Shown: positions 11,581 through 25,392 of the stretch, piece by piece
Numbering within the stretch: position 1 is the first letter of the stretch
Layout of the letters: every line of letters starts with the position of its first letter
Source of the DNA: Hemiscyllium ocellatum
Lineage: Eukaryota
NCBI RefSeq assembly: GCF_020745735.1
Contig: NC_083446.1
Coordinates: forward strand, 13,618,068-13,682,067
Reading direction: 5' to 3'
DNA: 64,000 bases
Program-made: the position numbers and the translations under genes
The notes under the pieces: model-generated
What the model was told of the DNA's origin: nothing
What the model saw: the letters and a program-made list of their open reading frames with translations, nothing else
The model's database searches: none

Positions 11581-11656
11581 CTAAAATTTCTTCATATGCC
11601 CCCTTACAGCTTACCTATCAGGCATCCTGAGATGAACCCTTCAAAGTTTCTCTGTG

Positions 11657-11950
11657 GCACTGCTGCCTCACAGTGCCAGAGACCCGGGTTCAATTCCCGC
11701 TTCAGGCAACTCTGTGTGGAGTTTGCACATTTTCCCCTTGTCTGCGTGGGTTTCCTCCGGGTGCTCCGGTTTCCTCCCACAATCCAAAAATGTGCAGGTT
11801 AGCTGAATTGGCCATGCTAAATTGCCCATAGTGTTAGGTGAAGGGGTAAATGTAGGGGAATGAGTCTGGGTGGGTTGTGCTTCGGCGGGTCAGTGTGGAC
11901 TTGTTGGGCCGAAGGGCCTGTTTCCACACTGTAAGTAATCTATTCTAATC
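11657..11950 (+). mobile_element. HE1-type tRNA-derived SINE (V-SINE), 5'-clipped
   Basis: B box GGTTCAATTCC, V-domain CTGCGTGGGTTTCCTCCGGGTGCTCCGGTTTCCTCCCACA, CR1-like tail. Confidence 0.9.
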
Positions 11951-12457
11951 TTAGTTTCCTGTTATTTATAGTGTATTCCCTTGCCTTATTTTTTTTTTCA
12001 GTACAAACACTGTTCCTCACACTTTCATTGCAACAGGCGTAGGACATTCAGCCTCTGGAGCCTGTTGCACCATTCAGTGACATCATGGATGAACCCTGGC
12101 CAAATCCATTTGTGACCTTTGGACAATATCCCTTCATACCTTTGCTTAACAAAAATCTACCTCAAATGTAAATGCAACCAATGTGGCATCAACTGCCATT
12201 TGTAGATGAGAATTCCAAACATTGGTCATCCTTTATACTGTACGTAGAAGTGCATCTATCCTGAACAATCTGACTCTCATTCTCAGCCTATGCCACCCAG
12301 TTCTCGAATCCCTGACTAGTAGAAATAGTTTATCTGTCTTTTTCTGTTAATATCTTGAAGAATTTGATTAGGCTACCCTTTAACCATCCAAATTCTGGAA
12401 ACAAAACATGTCCAATCTGTGTACTCTCTCCTCATAAGTTAAACCCTGAAGTCTTGT

Positions 12458-12784
12458 GGGCGGTACGGTGGCACAGTGGTTAGCACTGCTGCCTCACAGC
12501 ACCTGAGACCCGGGTTCAATTCCCGACTCAGGTGACTGACTGTGTGGAGTTTGCACGTTCTCCCCGTGTCTGCGTGGGTTTCCTCCGGGTGCTCCAGTTT
12601 CCTCCCACAGTCCAAAGATGTGCGGGTCAGGTGAATTGGCCATGCTAAATTGCCCGTAGTGTTAGGTAAGGGGTAAATGTAGGGGTATGGGTGGGTTTCG
12701 CTTCGGCGGGTCGGTGTGGACTTGTTGGGCCGAAGGGCCTGTTTCCACAATGTAAGTCTAATCTAAGTCTAATCTAATCTAATC
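12458..12784 (+). mobile_element. HE1-type SINE, full length
   Basis: A and B boxes, V-domain, (CTAAT)n tail. Confidence 0.95.
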
Positions 12785-12842
12785 CAGTTATCATTCTTGT
12801 AAACTATGTTCTATTCCCTCCAAGGCAAATATATCCTTCCTA

Positions 12843-13015
12843 AACAAAACCAGAAATTGCTGGAAAAACTCAGCAGGTATGGCAGAATTTGTGGAGAGAA
12901 AGCAGAGTTAACATTTCAGGTCCAGTGATCTTTATTCAAATCAAAAAATCTGTTGCATTTCTCTAGCAATTCCTGTTTTTCATATTTCCAGTATCTGCAA
13001 TTCTTTGTTTTATAT
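12843..13015. mobile_element. Old PLE-type terminal-repeat hairpin fragment
   Basis: Degenerate hammerhead motif on minus strand at about 12903-12940; similar to 30680-30820 and 13905-14025. Confidence 0.55.
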
Positions 13016-13299
13016 CCTTTCTAACAATATCTGCTCACAATACTCCAAGGGAGGTCTAACCAGAGTTTTATACAACTGCAGCATATCTCCTACATCCATT
13101 TTGCTTCCATTAATTTTATTCAGTCCTTGTTCCTGATCCACTATTAATTTCCATGGGACTTCCAGCAAATTAATTTAACATGTTCCATTTCCCTACAGTC
13201 ATTGATAACATCCTCACTTTCAGTCTTTCACAGTTTATCAATGAAAGGCCACCTGTTTCCCCTTTACATAACATAATACTTATGTACTTATGTAACTAA

Positions 13300-13635
13300 T
13301 TCATTTATGAGTTGATGGTTTTGCTGGTTCGGCCAGCATTTATTGCCCATCCCTAATTTGCCCAAAGGACAGTTAAGAGTCAATCACATTGCTGTGGATT
13401 TGGAGTCCAATGTCAGCCTGGATGGCAGTTTCCTTCCCTAAAGGGCATTAGTGAACACAGATTTTTTTTCCCCTGACAATAGATAATACATTCATGATCA
13501 TAGTTAGACATAATCATACTTCCAGATTTTTAAAATTGAATTCAAATTCCACCATCTGCCTTGATGGGATTCAAACTAGGATCCCTGGGGTCTCTGGATT
13601 AACAATACATCCATAATGCTAGTAGGCCATCACCC
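13300..13635 (-). mobile_element. Second SINE family copy
   Basis: Reverse complement of 7615-7945 element. Confidence 0.75.
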
Positions 13636-14024
13636 CCACTCCCAAATTTGATAAATATTCACGCAAAAACTATTTTAAATTGAATTCAATTTGCCACTTT
13701 CAGCACACCTGGTTGCAAAATTCCTACTTAACAAACAGCTGTGTAGTAGCCTGCAAGATATCACACTGGCCTTGCTATGTGAGAGTGTATGTGTGTGTGT
13801 GTATACATGCAGCAGTCTGCAAAGTCGTGTGTTCCCTCGCTTTGTGACAAGTGTGTATGAGCAGTGCCATTCAAAACAATTCAAAGGGACAATGTTGTTA
13901 AAAAACAACCTGAAATAAAAACAAAGTGCTGGAGAAACTCAGCAAGTTTGGCAGTATCTATGGAGTGTGTTTTGAAGAGTCAATGCACTCAAAATGCTAA
14001 ATCTGTATCTCTCTCCTCAGATGT

Positions 14025-15302
14025 CTTAAATACATGTATTTGAAAAGGCAAGGACTGATTAGGGATAGACAACATGGCTTTGTGTGTGGGAAATCATGTC
14101 TCACAAACTTGACTAAGCTTTTTGAAGTAACAAAAAGGACTGATGATCTATATGGACTTCAGTAAGGCGCTTGACAAGGTTTCCGATGGAAGAGTGGTTA
14201 GCAAAGTTAGGTCTCATGGAATATAGGGAGAACTAGCCATTTGGAAACAGAACTGGCTCAAAGCTAGAAGACAGAGGGTGGTGGTGGAGGGTTGTTTTTC
14301 AGACTGGAGGCCTGTGACCAGTGGAGTGCCACAAGGATCGGTGCTGGGTCCGCTATTTTTCCTCATTTATATAAATCATTTGGATATGAGCATCAGAAGT
14401 ATAGGTTGCAGATGACACCAAAATTGGAGGTGTAGTGGACAGCGAAGAAGGTTACTTCTGATTACAACAGGATCTTGATCGGATGGGTCAATGGGCTGAG
14501 AAGTGGCAATTGGTGTTTAATTTAGATAAATGTGAGGTGCTGCATTTTGGGAAAGCAAGTCTTAGCAGGACTTATACACTTAATGGTAAGGACCTAAGAA
14601 GTGTTGCTGAACAAAAAGACCTTGGAGTGCAGGTTCATAGCTCCTTGAAAGTGGAGTCACAGGTAGATAGGATAGCAAAGAAGGTGTTTGGTATGCTTTC
14701 CTTTATTGGTCAGAGAACTGAGTACAAGAGTTGGGAGGTCATGTTGCAGCTGTACAGGACATCAGTTAAGACACTGTTGGAATATTGCATGCAATTTTGG
14801 TCTCCTTCCTATCGGAAAGATGTTGTGAAACTTAAAAGGGTTCAGAAAAGATTTACAAGGATGTTGCCAGGGTTGGATAATTTGAGCTATAGGGAGAGGT
14901 TGAATTGGCTGGGGCTGTTTTCCCTGGAGCGTTGGGAGGCTGAGGGATGATCTTATTGAGGTTTATAAAATTACAAGGGGCATGGATAGGATAAATAGAC
15001 AAAGTCTTTCCCTGGGGTGGGGGAGTCCATAACTAGAGGGGAAAGATATAAAAGAGATGTAAGGGGCAACTCTTTCACGCAGAGGGTGGTACATGTATGG
15101 AATGAGCTGCCAGAGGAATTACTGGAGGCTAGTACAATTGCAACATTTAAAAGGCACCTGGATGGGTATATGAATAGGAAGGGTTTGGGGGGATATGGGG
15201 CAGGTGCTGGCAGGTGGGACTAGATTGAGTTGGGATATCTGGTTGGCATGGATGAGTTGGACTGAAGGGTCTGATTCCGTGCTGTACACCTCTGACTCTA
15301 TA
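14025..15302 (+). mobile_element. CR1 LINE, 5'-truncated
   Basis: ORF2 C-terminal peptides (WAEKWQ..FN..KCEVLHFG, LEYC.QFWSP, SYRERL), GACTCTAT tail. Confidence 0.95.
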
Positions 15303-15734
15303 ACTTCTAAATTCTGTCTCGTACATTCAAGCTTAAATCATTGACGTATACAAACCTCAGAAAGCAAAGAAACACCACCAGAAACGGTATTCAGAAACTA
15401 TCTATAAATTATTTGTTCCTTTCACAAAATCAATTTTGGATCCATTTCCAATTTCCCCTTGGATCTAACAACACTTTTTGGCATAGCTTGCTATATGCAG
15501 TATTGTATAATACCCTGTAAACCACATCAACCTATATTCATTTTATCCTAAATCTGCACACTACTACACATCATCTTTAACCTCACTGTCTCATCTCCTA
15601 ATCTGGGGGTGGGCTCTGGAATTGAGTGCAAGAAAGGTTCACTAAATTGATTCCAGAGATGTCAGGTTTCTCTATTCATTTGTGGAATGTGGGCATTGCT
15701 GGCTGGCCAGTGTCTATTGCCTGCCCACATTTAT

Positions 15735-16467
15735 CCTAGATAAATGTGAGGTGCTAAAGTTTGGTAGAGCAAGTCATAGCATGAATTATACACTTAATGG
15801 TAAGGTCCTGGGGAGTGTTGCTGAACAAAGAGATCTTTAAGTTCAAGTTCATTGTTCCTTATAAGTGGAATTGGAGGTAGACAGGTTAGTGAAGGCAGCA
15901 TTCTTGGTACACTTTCCTTTATCATTTGCATTGGTTAGGCCACTTTTGGAATACTGCATTCAGTTCTGGTCTCCATGCTACAGGAAAGATGTTGTTAAGC
16001 TTGAAAGGGCTCAGAAAAGATGTATAAAAGGTTTCAGCTATAAGGAGAGGCTAAATAGGCTTGGGCTATTTTCCCTGGAGCATCGGAGGCTGGGATGGGG
16101 GGCCTTATACAGTTCTATAAAATCATGAGGGGTATTAATAGGCTGAATAGTCAAGGCCTTTTCCACAGGGTAGGGGAGTCCAAAACTAGACGGCATAAGA
16201 TTAAGGTGAGAAGGGAAAGCCTTAAAAGGAAATCAAGAAGCAAATTTTTCATGCAGAAAGTGGTGTGTGTATGGAATGAACTGCCAAAGGAAGTGGAGGC
16301 TGGTACAATTACAACATTTAAAAGACATATGGTAGTATATGAATATGAAGGGCTTAGACAGATATGGGCTAAAGCTAGAAATGGGACTACATTAATTTAG
16401 AATATCTGGTTGGCATGGGTGAGTTAGACGAAAAGCTTTGTTTCCATGCTGGACACCTCTGACTCTA
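15735..16467 (+). mobile_element. CR1 LINE 3' fragment
   Basis: LVRPLLEYCIQFWSP and 3' tail. Confidence 0.9.
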
Positions 16468-16491
16468 ACATCTACCTCATTCTCTCTCAAG

Positions 16492-17000
16492 TGTTATGGA
16501 CCAGGCCAGACCCCCTCAAAACATTTCACATTGTTTCAAGGAGAGACACAGCTGGTCAAACCACTTAGTTTTAAACAAGACTGAATTTATTTCCAAGATT
16601 ACAGAATGAAACACAAACATAAAAGAACAGAACGCAGAATAACACAACCTATCCGAAAACTCAATAGAATATCCTAACTTAATGATGCTGTTCCAAATAC
16701 TTGCAACAATTCCCATGAACACCCCTTGGCACCAAAGGCACAAAAACTGGATCTTATAGGAGAGATGTCAGTGGGAGAGGAGGATCAGCCTAGACCTGCT
16801 TCTTTGGATCCAGCACCTTTTCCAACTTCTTACCAGAGAAAAGTTGAGCTGGAAGAACTGGCCACTCCCCTTTCATTGTACAAGTGTTTATTTTTAAACT
16901 GGAAAGTCTTTTTTCCCCCCGAGGCAGTATCTGTTAGCTATAACCAAACTGGCCCCAAAACCCTTCAACCTCAGACTTTTCAGAACCTATGCTTTTACAA
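16492..17000 (-). mobile_element. Probable solo LTR
   Basis: TGT...ACA ends, AATAAA on minus strand near 16590; no TSD verified. Confidence 0.45.
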
Positions 17001-17089
17001 TCCCCGGGTGCTTGTGAACATGGTGCCAATCATGGCTTCTTTGTCCTGGTACTGTCAAGCATCAGGTGTTGTTAAAGCTGGACCCATCC

Positions 17090-17935
17090 TGACTTGTGCC
17101 TTGTAGATGGTGGATAGGCTGTGGGGAGTCAGAAGCTACTTGATATAGGATTTTTAATCTTTGATTGACACACATGTAAATACATGTCCAATCTCTGGTT
17201 ACTTGTATTCGCCAGTATGTTGATATGGGAGATTCAGAGATGATGATAACATTAACAGTTAAGGTGTGATGATTAGATTCTCTCTTGTGGGAAATGGTCA
17301 TTGATTGGTGTGAATGGTAGTTGCCACTTGTCGGTCCAAGCTATACCTTTTTGCATTTGGACACGGACTGCTTCATCATCTGAGGAATCATGAATGGCAC
17401 TGAACATTGTGCAGTTATCAGCAAATATCCCCACTTCTGACCTTACAATGAAGGGAAAGTCATTGAAAAAGCAGCTGAAGAGTGTTGGGTCTGGAACACT
17501 ACTGACAAACTCTTGCAGAGTTACCCTGAAACTGAGATAACTGATCTCCAACAATCTTCCTACGGGTAAGATGCGACTCCAACCAATGAAGAGTTCCCCG
17601 ATACCAACTGACTAATTTTGCTGGGACTCCTTGATGCCACCTTTGGTCAAATGCGGCCTTGACATCTAGAGCTGTCACTCACCTCACCTGTGGAATTCAG
17701 CTCTTTTGTCCGTCTTTGGATCAAGTCTGTAGTGAGGTCAGTTCAGTGGCCACAGCAGAACCCAGAGTGTCAATGAGCAGGTTATTGTTAAGCAAGTGCA
17801 GCTTGGTAACACTGTTGATGACACCTATCACTTCACTGATCAAGAGTAGACTGACGCAGCAGTAATTGGCTGGGGTTGGATTGGTCTGGTTGTGTTTGTA
17901 CATGACATACCTGAGCAATTTTCCACATTGTTGAG
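17090..17935 (-). mobile_element. L2/Crack-type LINE RT fragment
   Basis: PTLFSCFFNDFP...GIFADNCT RT motif in ORF 17273-17554. Confidence 0.75.
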
Positions 17936-18833
17936 GAGATGATGGTGTTATCTGAACTTTTCCAAGTCAGCTCCCATCCGAACCACACCACTTGGTTGTG
18001 CCTCATTGTAGTAGCACACTGGAAATCAAGCTACACTACTTCCAGAGTTATCACAAAGGTTCAAGGTTTTCTTTTTAAAAATGTACAGAATTTCCTTCTT
18101 TACCCATCTTCTCAACCCAGGTTAAAGTACAGACCAAGTTTTTGTACTTGACAAGAATTTTTATTTATTACAAGTTAAGTAGATTCTAACTACAGATACA
18201 CAATTATAAAGCCATAGACCTCTACTAGTAAAAACTCTTAACCCTCTTATAAATTCCTGTGTACATACACAGACAGACAAGAGAAAGAAACCATGGGTGT
18301 TTAGGTGTGAAGGGAAAGACCGGTAAGGCAGATCAATGGTCCCTCTCCATCAGGGTTTGTTGAGATAATCCTTTTTGTTGATCAGAATGCTGCTTCTCAA
18401 TCTTCACTCTCCTGATACTTTCACTTGGTGTTTGCAGGAGGTACAGGTTGACTGGTTCACACGTAAAAAGGTCTCGCAGTTATTAATTAAAAGTCCCAGC
18501 TTACAGCGACTGATGAGGAGAAATCAGCTAGCTCTCTCCAGGGTCGAGATGCTTTTTAACTGTAGAACAAAACTGCTCCTTCCCTTCTGAAGGTCTGATG
18601 GCCTCTACCCAAACATTTCTTTCCCCAAGTTCTTCAGCTACCTGGAGCCAATCAGATAATTATTTGTAGGCAGGAGTCCTTTGTCATTGATAATTGGTCA
18701 TTAGTCCACAGGTCAATCAGCGACTCATTGCCAGCCAAAGCTCCATGTGCACATTGGCACCCCTCTCTCCCCCCAGTTCCAGCTTGTCAATACCTAGGCT
18801 TTGAATTACTTGCATAGACAACTGCATAAATAA

Positions 18834-19213
18834 CTGGGAATTTGTGTTGCAGACATTTCGTCCCCTGTCTAGGTGACATCCTCAGTGCTTGGGAGCCTCC
18901 TGTGAAGCGCTTCTGTGATGTTTCCTCCAGCATTTATAGATGATTGATTGACAGATTCAATTAATCAATAAGCACATCAACCTGGACCCAATATACTGGC
19001 CACTGCAGCGGACAGCTGGAACTGACAACAGGAAACGGCAGATTCAAACCACTATAAATGCCAGAGGAAACATCACAGAAGCGTTTCACAGGAGGCTCGC
19101 AAGCACTGAGGATGTCACCTAGATAGGGGACGAAATGTCTGCAACACAAATTCCCAGCTCGGCGAACAGAACCACAACAACGAGCACCTGAGCTACAAAT
19201 CTTCTCACAAACT
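18834..19213. mobile_element. PLE (Penelope/Poseidon-type terminus) hairpin insertion with two hammerhead motifs
   Basis: Arms 18834-18939 and 19052-19158 are inverted; CTGAGGA-TGTCACCT..AGGGGAC-GAAATGTC at 19103-19142; TAAATAAC on both flanks. Confidence 0.85.
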
Positions 19214-19387
19214 GTGTGTAAATAACATTTACAATGAGGGTAAGGTTCCTTGCTTTTAAAAAAAGTTCAGTAATCCTTCTGGTTTTTAACAGAGACCTTT
19301 TAACATTTCATTCCACAAATCAAGAATACAGAAACATTAAGATATAGCTTTTACACACACAAACAACTTGAATCCTAGCCACAGGGA

Positions 19388-19575
19388 GTTAGCACTGCTG
19401 CTTTGCAGCACCAGGGACCTGGGTTCAATTCCAGCCACGGGTGACTGTCTTTACAGAGTTCGCACACTGTCTGTATGGGTTTCCCCTGGGTGGTCCAGTT
19501 TCTTCCCAAAGGCTATGAAATACAGGGTCTGGGTGAGATGCTCTCTGGAGGGTTGCTGTGGACTGAATGGGCCAC
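19388..19575 (+). mobile_element. Degenerate HE1-type SINE
   Basis: TTAGCACTGCTGC head, B box, eroded V-domain. Confidence 0.7.
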
Positions 19576-19719
19576 CTGGCAAAGAGACACCCTGTGTAGG
19601 TGTGGGACAGAATCCCTCCACGTGCTGAGCTCCAAGTCAACTATAAGATCCACCAACACCCCGTTTACCATCAGCCACTGGGGGCTGACCTCACTTGACT
19701 TCCACCTCACTAACAGGAG

Positions 19720-21800
19720 CAAGGTAGGCCACTCAGCCCCTCAAACCTGCTCCACCATTTAATAAGACCATTGGCTGATCTGACTGGCTTCACCACACAC
19801 ACCTTTCGACTCTCGAGTGGCTTCAACTCTACTTTCCTGCCTACCCTCTGACTTATATTTTTCAAAAATCTATCTCACTCTGCCTTACAAATGTTCAAAG
19901 GCTGAGTCCCTGCTGCTCTGGGGAAAGAAAGATCCAAAAACTCTCAAATCTCATAGAAAGTCCCCTCACCTTCATCTTACATGAGAGTGCCTTTATCTTT
20001 AAACTGTGACATATTTCACTAGTCTCTTTACTAGTGTCTCCCCTATGGGAAACATCTTATGATCGACGTTGTTAAATCTCCCCAGGATCTTGTATGTTTC
20101 AATAAGATTCAAGCCGCTTCTTTCCGTGAGTCTAATCGTAGCACAGATTGCCACTTTTCAAATGGTGTATTACTTCAAGAAATTGAATTAATGTGTCAGA
20201 CATGATCGCACTTTCACAAAACCATGCTGACTCTGCCTGATCACTATGAGATTTTGTAAGTGCCTTGCAAAAACTACCTTAAAAGACTCCAGTATTTCCC
20301 CTATGATGGATGTTAAACTAACATGTAATTCCTACTTTGTCTCTCTTCTTGAAATTGAGCACTTACATTGGCTATTTTCCAATCTAATTAAACCATTCCT
20401 GAATCTACAGCATTTTGAAACATCAATTATCCCAACAACCACTTCATATATGAACCTAGGATGCAGTCCAACAGGACCCAGGCTTCACTTGGAGGTCGCC
20501 ACTGATGATGTTACCTAGCCAGGTAATGAAATGTCTGGATATCAAACCTACAGCTCAGTGAGCAAAGCTACACCCTAGGACCCAGTGACTTATTGGCTTT
20601 TAGTTATAATAGTTCTCCCAGTAAACATTCCTGGTGATTATGTTTCTCCTTCCCTTCACCTGACTTACAAATATTTATGGGACTTTCTGGTTATTTGTAT
20701 CCACTGCTGTGGTGACAGACAAAATATCTGTACAAATCATCTCCCATTTCCTTGCTTTCCATTTCAAATGTCTCAGTCACACTCTCTACAAGTATTTCTT
20801 TAATCTTTTCTGATTTAAAATATTTACAGAAGCACTTCTCTAAAATATTTACAACTCGTTTTATGGTCTTACTTCACCATCGTCACTATTCTTTAGTCAT
20901 TCTTTGTAGTTTTTGGACTCTGCCCAATCTTCTGGCCTGTCACTAATCTTCACAGAGTTGTGCACTTTTTTCTTTCAAATTGATACTCTTTGGTTTTCTT
21001 GTCTCTAGGTGGAGGATGCACTTTCTTTCACAATGACCTGCATCTTTAGTAAGTGAAAGGAAATATCTCCTCAAATATATGCCATTGATCTCTACTGACC
21101 TATTCCTCAACCTACTTTTCCAGTTGACTTTAGCTAGTACTGTACTTCATAACTGCCCTTAATATCATTTAAAACTAATTTAGGGCCTACTCTTCCCTCT
21201 CAAACTCTCATGTTATGATATCTAAAGGCAATTTACAATTACATTCTTAATTAAACCTTATGTGGCACATTACCACATCTTGTGTAGTCTTTCCTCCATC
21301 TGGCTTGAGAATGTGCTGCTCCAGGAAACTCTCCCAGAAATACTCTCTGAATTCGTACTCCCAGTTACCTTTGCCAATCTCATTCATCCGACCAATACAC
21401 ACATTGAAATTAGTGATTACTGCTGATCTCTCTCAAGCCCCCATTTCCTCCCATATACCCATCCTATTGTTAGGTGGTCCAAAACGGTCTCCCACAAATT
21501 ATTTCTTGACTTTAGAATTTCTTATCTCTACCAAAACCGATTTTAGACCTTCACCATTAGAACTAAAGTTATGACTATCTATTGTAGAAAAGTCATTCTA
21601 AGCAAAGCTGCTCATTCACCTTTTCCAACATTCTGTCCATCAGCAGTGCATGTACTCTTCAATATTCAGGTCCCATGTTATCTAAATTTGTTATCTTGGA
21701 GCTGTGTCTTTGTAATGCTATCATATCATACATATTTATTCAGATTTGAGCTGTTAATTAATACATTGTGCAATGAATACTACTTGCCTTCAGATGCAGA
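19720..21800 (-). mobile_element. Highly eroded CR1 LINE
   Basis: Scattered CR1 ORF2 and 3' UTR similarity (e.g. ttcacaaaaccatgctgactc, ccactcagcccctcaaacctgctcc). Confidence 0.55.
20486..20577 (+). mobile_element. Short PLE pLTR fragment with hammerhead motif
   Basis: CACTGATGATGTTACCTAGCCAGGTAATGAAATGTC; same family as 42200-42285. Confidence 0.75.
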
Positions 21801-21991
21801 GCTTTTATTTCTATCTCATCACCATTTTCACAACCTCGAGTCTTACCTCAAAGTATTGTGTCCCTTCCATCAGTGCTTTGATTATAATTTCCCTCAGTTC
21901 TACCTGGTCTTCTCTTTAGTTTATCACAATTTTCAGCACTGGATCCCTCACCGCCATTACCTTGGATTCTCCTTCAAGGAGCGATTGATGA

Positions 21992-22203
21992 CTTAGAGTC
22001 ATAGAGCTGTACAGCATGGAAACAGACCCTTCGGTCCAACCCAATCTAGTCCCACCTGCCAGCACACGGCCCATATCCCTCCAAACCCTTCCTATTCATA
22101 AAATCATCCAAATGCCTCTTAAATGTTGCAATTATACCAGCCTCCACCACTTTCTCTGGCAGCTCATTCCATACACGTACCATCCTCTGAGTGAAAAAGC
22201 TGC
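21992..22203 (-). mobile_element. CR1 3' end fragment
   Basis: Reverse complement of 15080-15302. Confidence 0.85.
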
Positions 22204-23420
22204 CAAACACATGACATTAGGTTCTGTATGTATAGTGAGTACCTGTTATTCCCTCAGCACCTCTCTCAGGCTCATGTGATTGTGTTGCCCTTCTGCTCAT
22301 CTATTCTAGTTCTCTGACTGTCTTCCCCTGCTGAAGCTTCAGCCTATCCAAATTCTGATGCACATTTCCCTGACCATCCCCTTATTACACTTATCCCTTA
22401 CACTGTGCTCACTGGACCTGCAATGACTCCAGCTCCACAAATGCCTCCATTTGTATGTTCATATCTTATCTTCAAATCCCTTCCATTGCTCACACCTGCC
22501 AATATCTGTAACCTCCATCCGGACAACGCATGAGAGCTCTGCATTCCTCAAATCTAGCCTCTGACACATCCCTCCCTCACACACTCTCTCTCTCTCTCTG
22601 TCACACAGCCTGGGCCTTTAGTCATCAAACCTAACATCCTCACTATCCCTCTCAGATAGTCTGTAACTCTCCTCCTTTGTCTTAAAAACCCAAGCCATTA
22701 TCAAAGCATTTTACCTCCCAATCTCCCTTTCTTCGACTCTTGTCAATATTTTTGTCAGAAGATAGGGCTCTTTTGGAGAGGTGGTAGTGTCCCTACCTCT
22801 GAACCAGAGGCCTGGGTTAAAATTCTACCTGCTCCTGCAATCTGTAATAATATCTGAATAGATTGATTAGGTAAGATAGATTTTAGTCAAATTTGACAGT
22901 GAATGCTTCCGAGTTGCACCTTGGGAAACTTTCCTAACTGAAGGTGGGATATAAACAAAACTCATTGTAAAATAGCTTGTAACAGATTGGGGAAGCCAGC
23001 ATTAAAATAGTACACAGATAAATGACATTCAGTTGCAGATCAGCCATAACCTCAAATGAACAGAGTCATCTCTAGGAACCAAATGCCAAGTTCCGATTCC
23101 TAGGAAACCTGGACTCAAACAATACTAATGGATGGAAACTCATGGAAGAATGGGAAGAACAACTCCATAAACCAGTATTTCAGCAAACTAAAAGAGAATG
23201 AGATGGCTGAGATACATTGGAGTTGGAGTAGGCCATTCAACCCCTTGGCCAGGCTCTGCCATTCAATTAGACCCTGGCTGATCAATTAGTCACAAAGAAC
23301 AAACATTATGAATATCAGTAACTCTACAACAGGTTGGAGTTGAACTGCAGCAAAAATAAACTCCAGATATGAGAATTTTCAATTGTGGATGTGAATAATA
23401 GCAGAATGCGACCATGAAAG

Positions 23421-24011
23421 TCACTTGTGAACTTGCTGGTGTCTCCTTAGATGCTGTGATTCAGCGAATCGCTTCCAACACACAAAGCAAATGAACGGCT
23501 TCTCTCCCGTGTGAACTCGGTGGTGTCTCATTAGGTTTTGCAATTGAGTGAATCCTTTCCCACACTCTGAGCAGGTGAATGGCCGCTCCCCGGTGTGAAC
23601 TCGCTGGTGTGTCAGAAGGTCAGTGGAGTTAGTGAATCCCTTCCCACACTGGGAGCAGGTGAATGGCTTCCTCCCGGTGTGACCACGTTGGTGTTTCAGA
23701 AGATGGGATGAACTGGTGAATCCCTTCCCACACTCCGAGCAGGTGAACGGCCGCTCCCCTGTGTGAATGCGCTGGTGCGTGAGAAGGTTGGATGATCGAT
23801 TAAACCCCTTTCCACACACGGTGCAAGTAAAGCGCTTTTCCACATCGTGAACCCGCTGGTGTCTCAGGAGAGAGGACGAATTGATAAATCCTTTCCCACA
23901 CTCTGAGCAGGGGAATGGTCTCTCCCCGGTGTGACTGCGTTGATGAGTTTCCAGCTGGGATGCAAAACGGAATTCCTTTCCACAGTCACCACATTTCCAT
24001 GGTTTCTCCAT
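23421..24011 (-). CDS. Tandem C2H2 zinc-finger protein (ZNF-C), 7 fingers, 196 aa
   Basis: [12 protein letters not shown] start in ACAATGG Kozak context, TGERPF linkers, ends VHK*; acceptor TTTACAG ends at 24285, exon starts 24284. Confidence 0.93.
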   Translation of the reverse strand: MEKPWKCGDCGKEFRFASQLETHQRSHTGERPFPCSECGKGFINSSSLLRHQRVHDVEKRFTCTVCGKGFNRSSNLLTHQRIHTGERPFTCSECGKGFTSSSHLLKHQRGHTGRKPFTCSQCGKGFTNSTDLLTHQRVHTGERPFTCSECGKGFTQLQNLMRHHRVHTGEKPFICFVCWKRFAESQHLRRHQQVHK

Positions 24012-25083
24012 TGTGCTGGTATCTTTGTGAATGGTTAGCTGTGAGAGGAGTGTGTATGAATCAGCTGAACCCTTGTCCTCATACAGAACACATTTATAGA
24101 AACAGCAGTGTCTCTCCGCTGTGAGTGGGCAAAGTGTTGGTTTTCAGGCTGTGCAACTGGTTCACAAATGTTTTCTTTTCAGCTCAAAGGTCAATGACGT
24201 CCAAGTCGCAGAGTAAGTGACTGTCAAGTCTTAATGTGATATTTGATCCGAGTTTCTCATCTGCAAGTGGCCCCTTTCAAAACCCTGTAAACAAGTTCAC
24301 AAAAGTCATCAGCTGTCAATACAAGTTGGAAATTTGAAACAGATAATTCCAGTTCCTATAAAACAAGAACTTTTTCCTCTTGTTCCCCCAAGTTGTAAAT
24401 TCCTGTCCCACACATTTTCTCTTCCTTGGCTGAAATCCAAATTAATATCTCCTGTTTCTTGCCCAGTTTTCTCCCTCCCTCCCCGCCCTCACTATCAAAT
24501 CAATGAGCATGATTCTGGGTTTGGAGCCTCCAGCAGCAGGTAATGAATCCTTCCCACCCATCTCCCCTGACCAGACATCAAAGCCTCAATGATTTACAGC
24601 AAAGCGGAATCTCTTCTTTCTCCTTCCTTTTGCCCACCAATCTGCTGCTGTCCCAAGATGAGGGCTGTTCCCCTCTGCTTGCTCCTGGGAGGAAGGGACA
24701 GGGTGAGGGAAGAAAGTGGAGTTGCCAATCAGGGAGCTGCAAATCTGAAATCAGGGTCTGCTGCTCTACAAAGTGCTCCCAACTCCTTCAGGCCAGCCGC
24801 AGGCTCAATTCCTCCTGGGTGAATGGAACATCAGAATCCTCAGGGATCCCCTCCAGATCTCATGCCATCTTGAGGTGGAACAATTTCTTCACCATCCCAG
24901 GGTCAAATTCCTGGAACGCCCTTCCTAACAAAGCTGTCAGTGTTGCTACAATAAAGTATTGGGAAATCAACAATTGTAAGTCTCCATTTTGCAATAATAG
25001 TTTGTCTTCTAAGTTCAAAATGGCAGCTGCAGGAACAGTGATTGTGAGAACATGAATTGCAAGAATGCAGGAGTCTCTGCATA

Positions 25084-25392
25084 AGATTAGATTAGATTAG
25101 ACTTAGTGTGGAAACAGGCCCTTCGGCCCAACAAGTCCACACCGACCCGCCGAAGCGCAACCCACCCATACCCCTACATTTACCCCTTACCTAACACTAC
25201 GGGCAATTTAGCTTGGCCAATTCACCTGACCCGCACATCTTTGGACTGTGGGAGGAAACCGGAGCACCCGGAGGAAACCCACGCAGACACGGGGAGAACG
25301 TGCAAACTCCACACAGTCTGAGTCGGGAATTGAACCCGGGTCTACAGGCGCTGTGAGGCAGCAGTGCTAACCACTGTGCCACCGTGCCGCCC
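25084..25392 (-). mobile_element. HE1-type SINE, full length
   Basis: Near identical to 12458-12784. Confidence 0.95.

Noticed and set aside
12458-12530. tRNA-like sequences with A and B boxes
   Set aside because: They are HE1 SINE heads continuing into the V-domain and LINE-like tail, not tRNA genes
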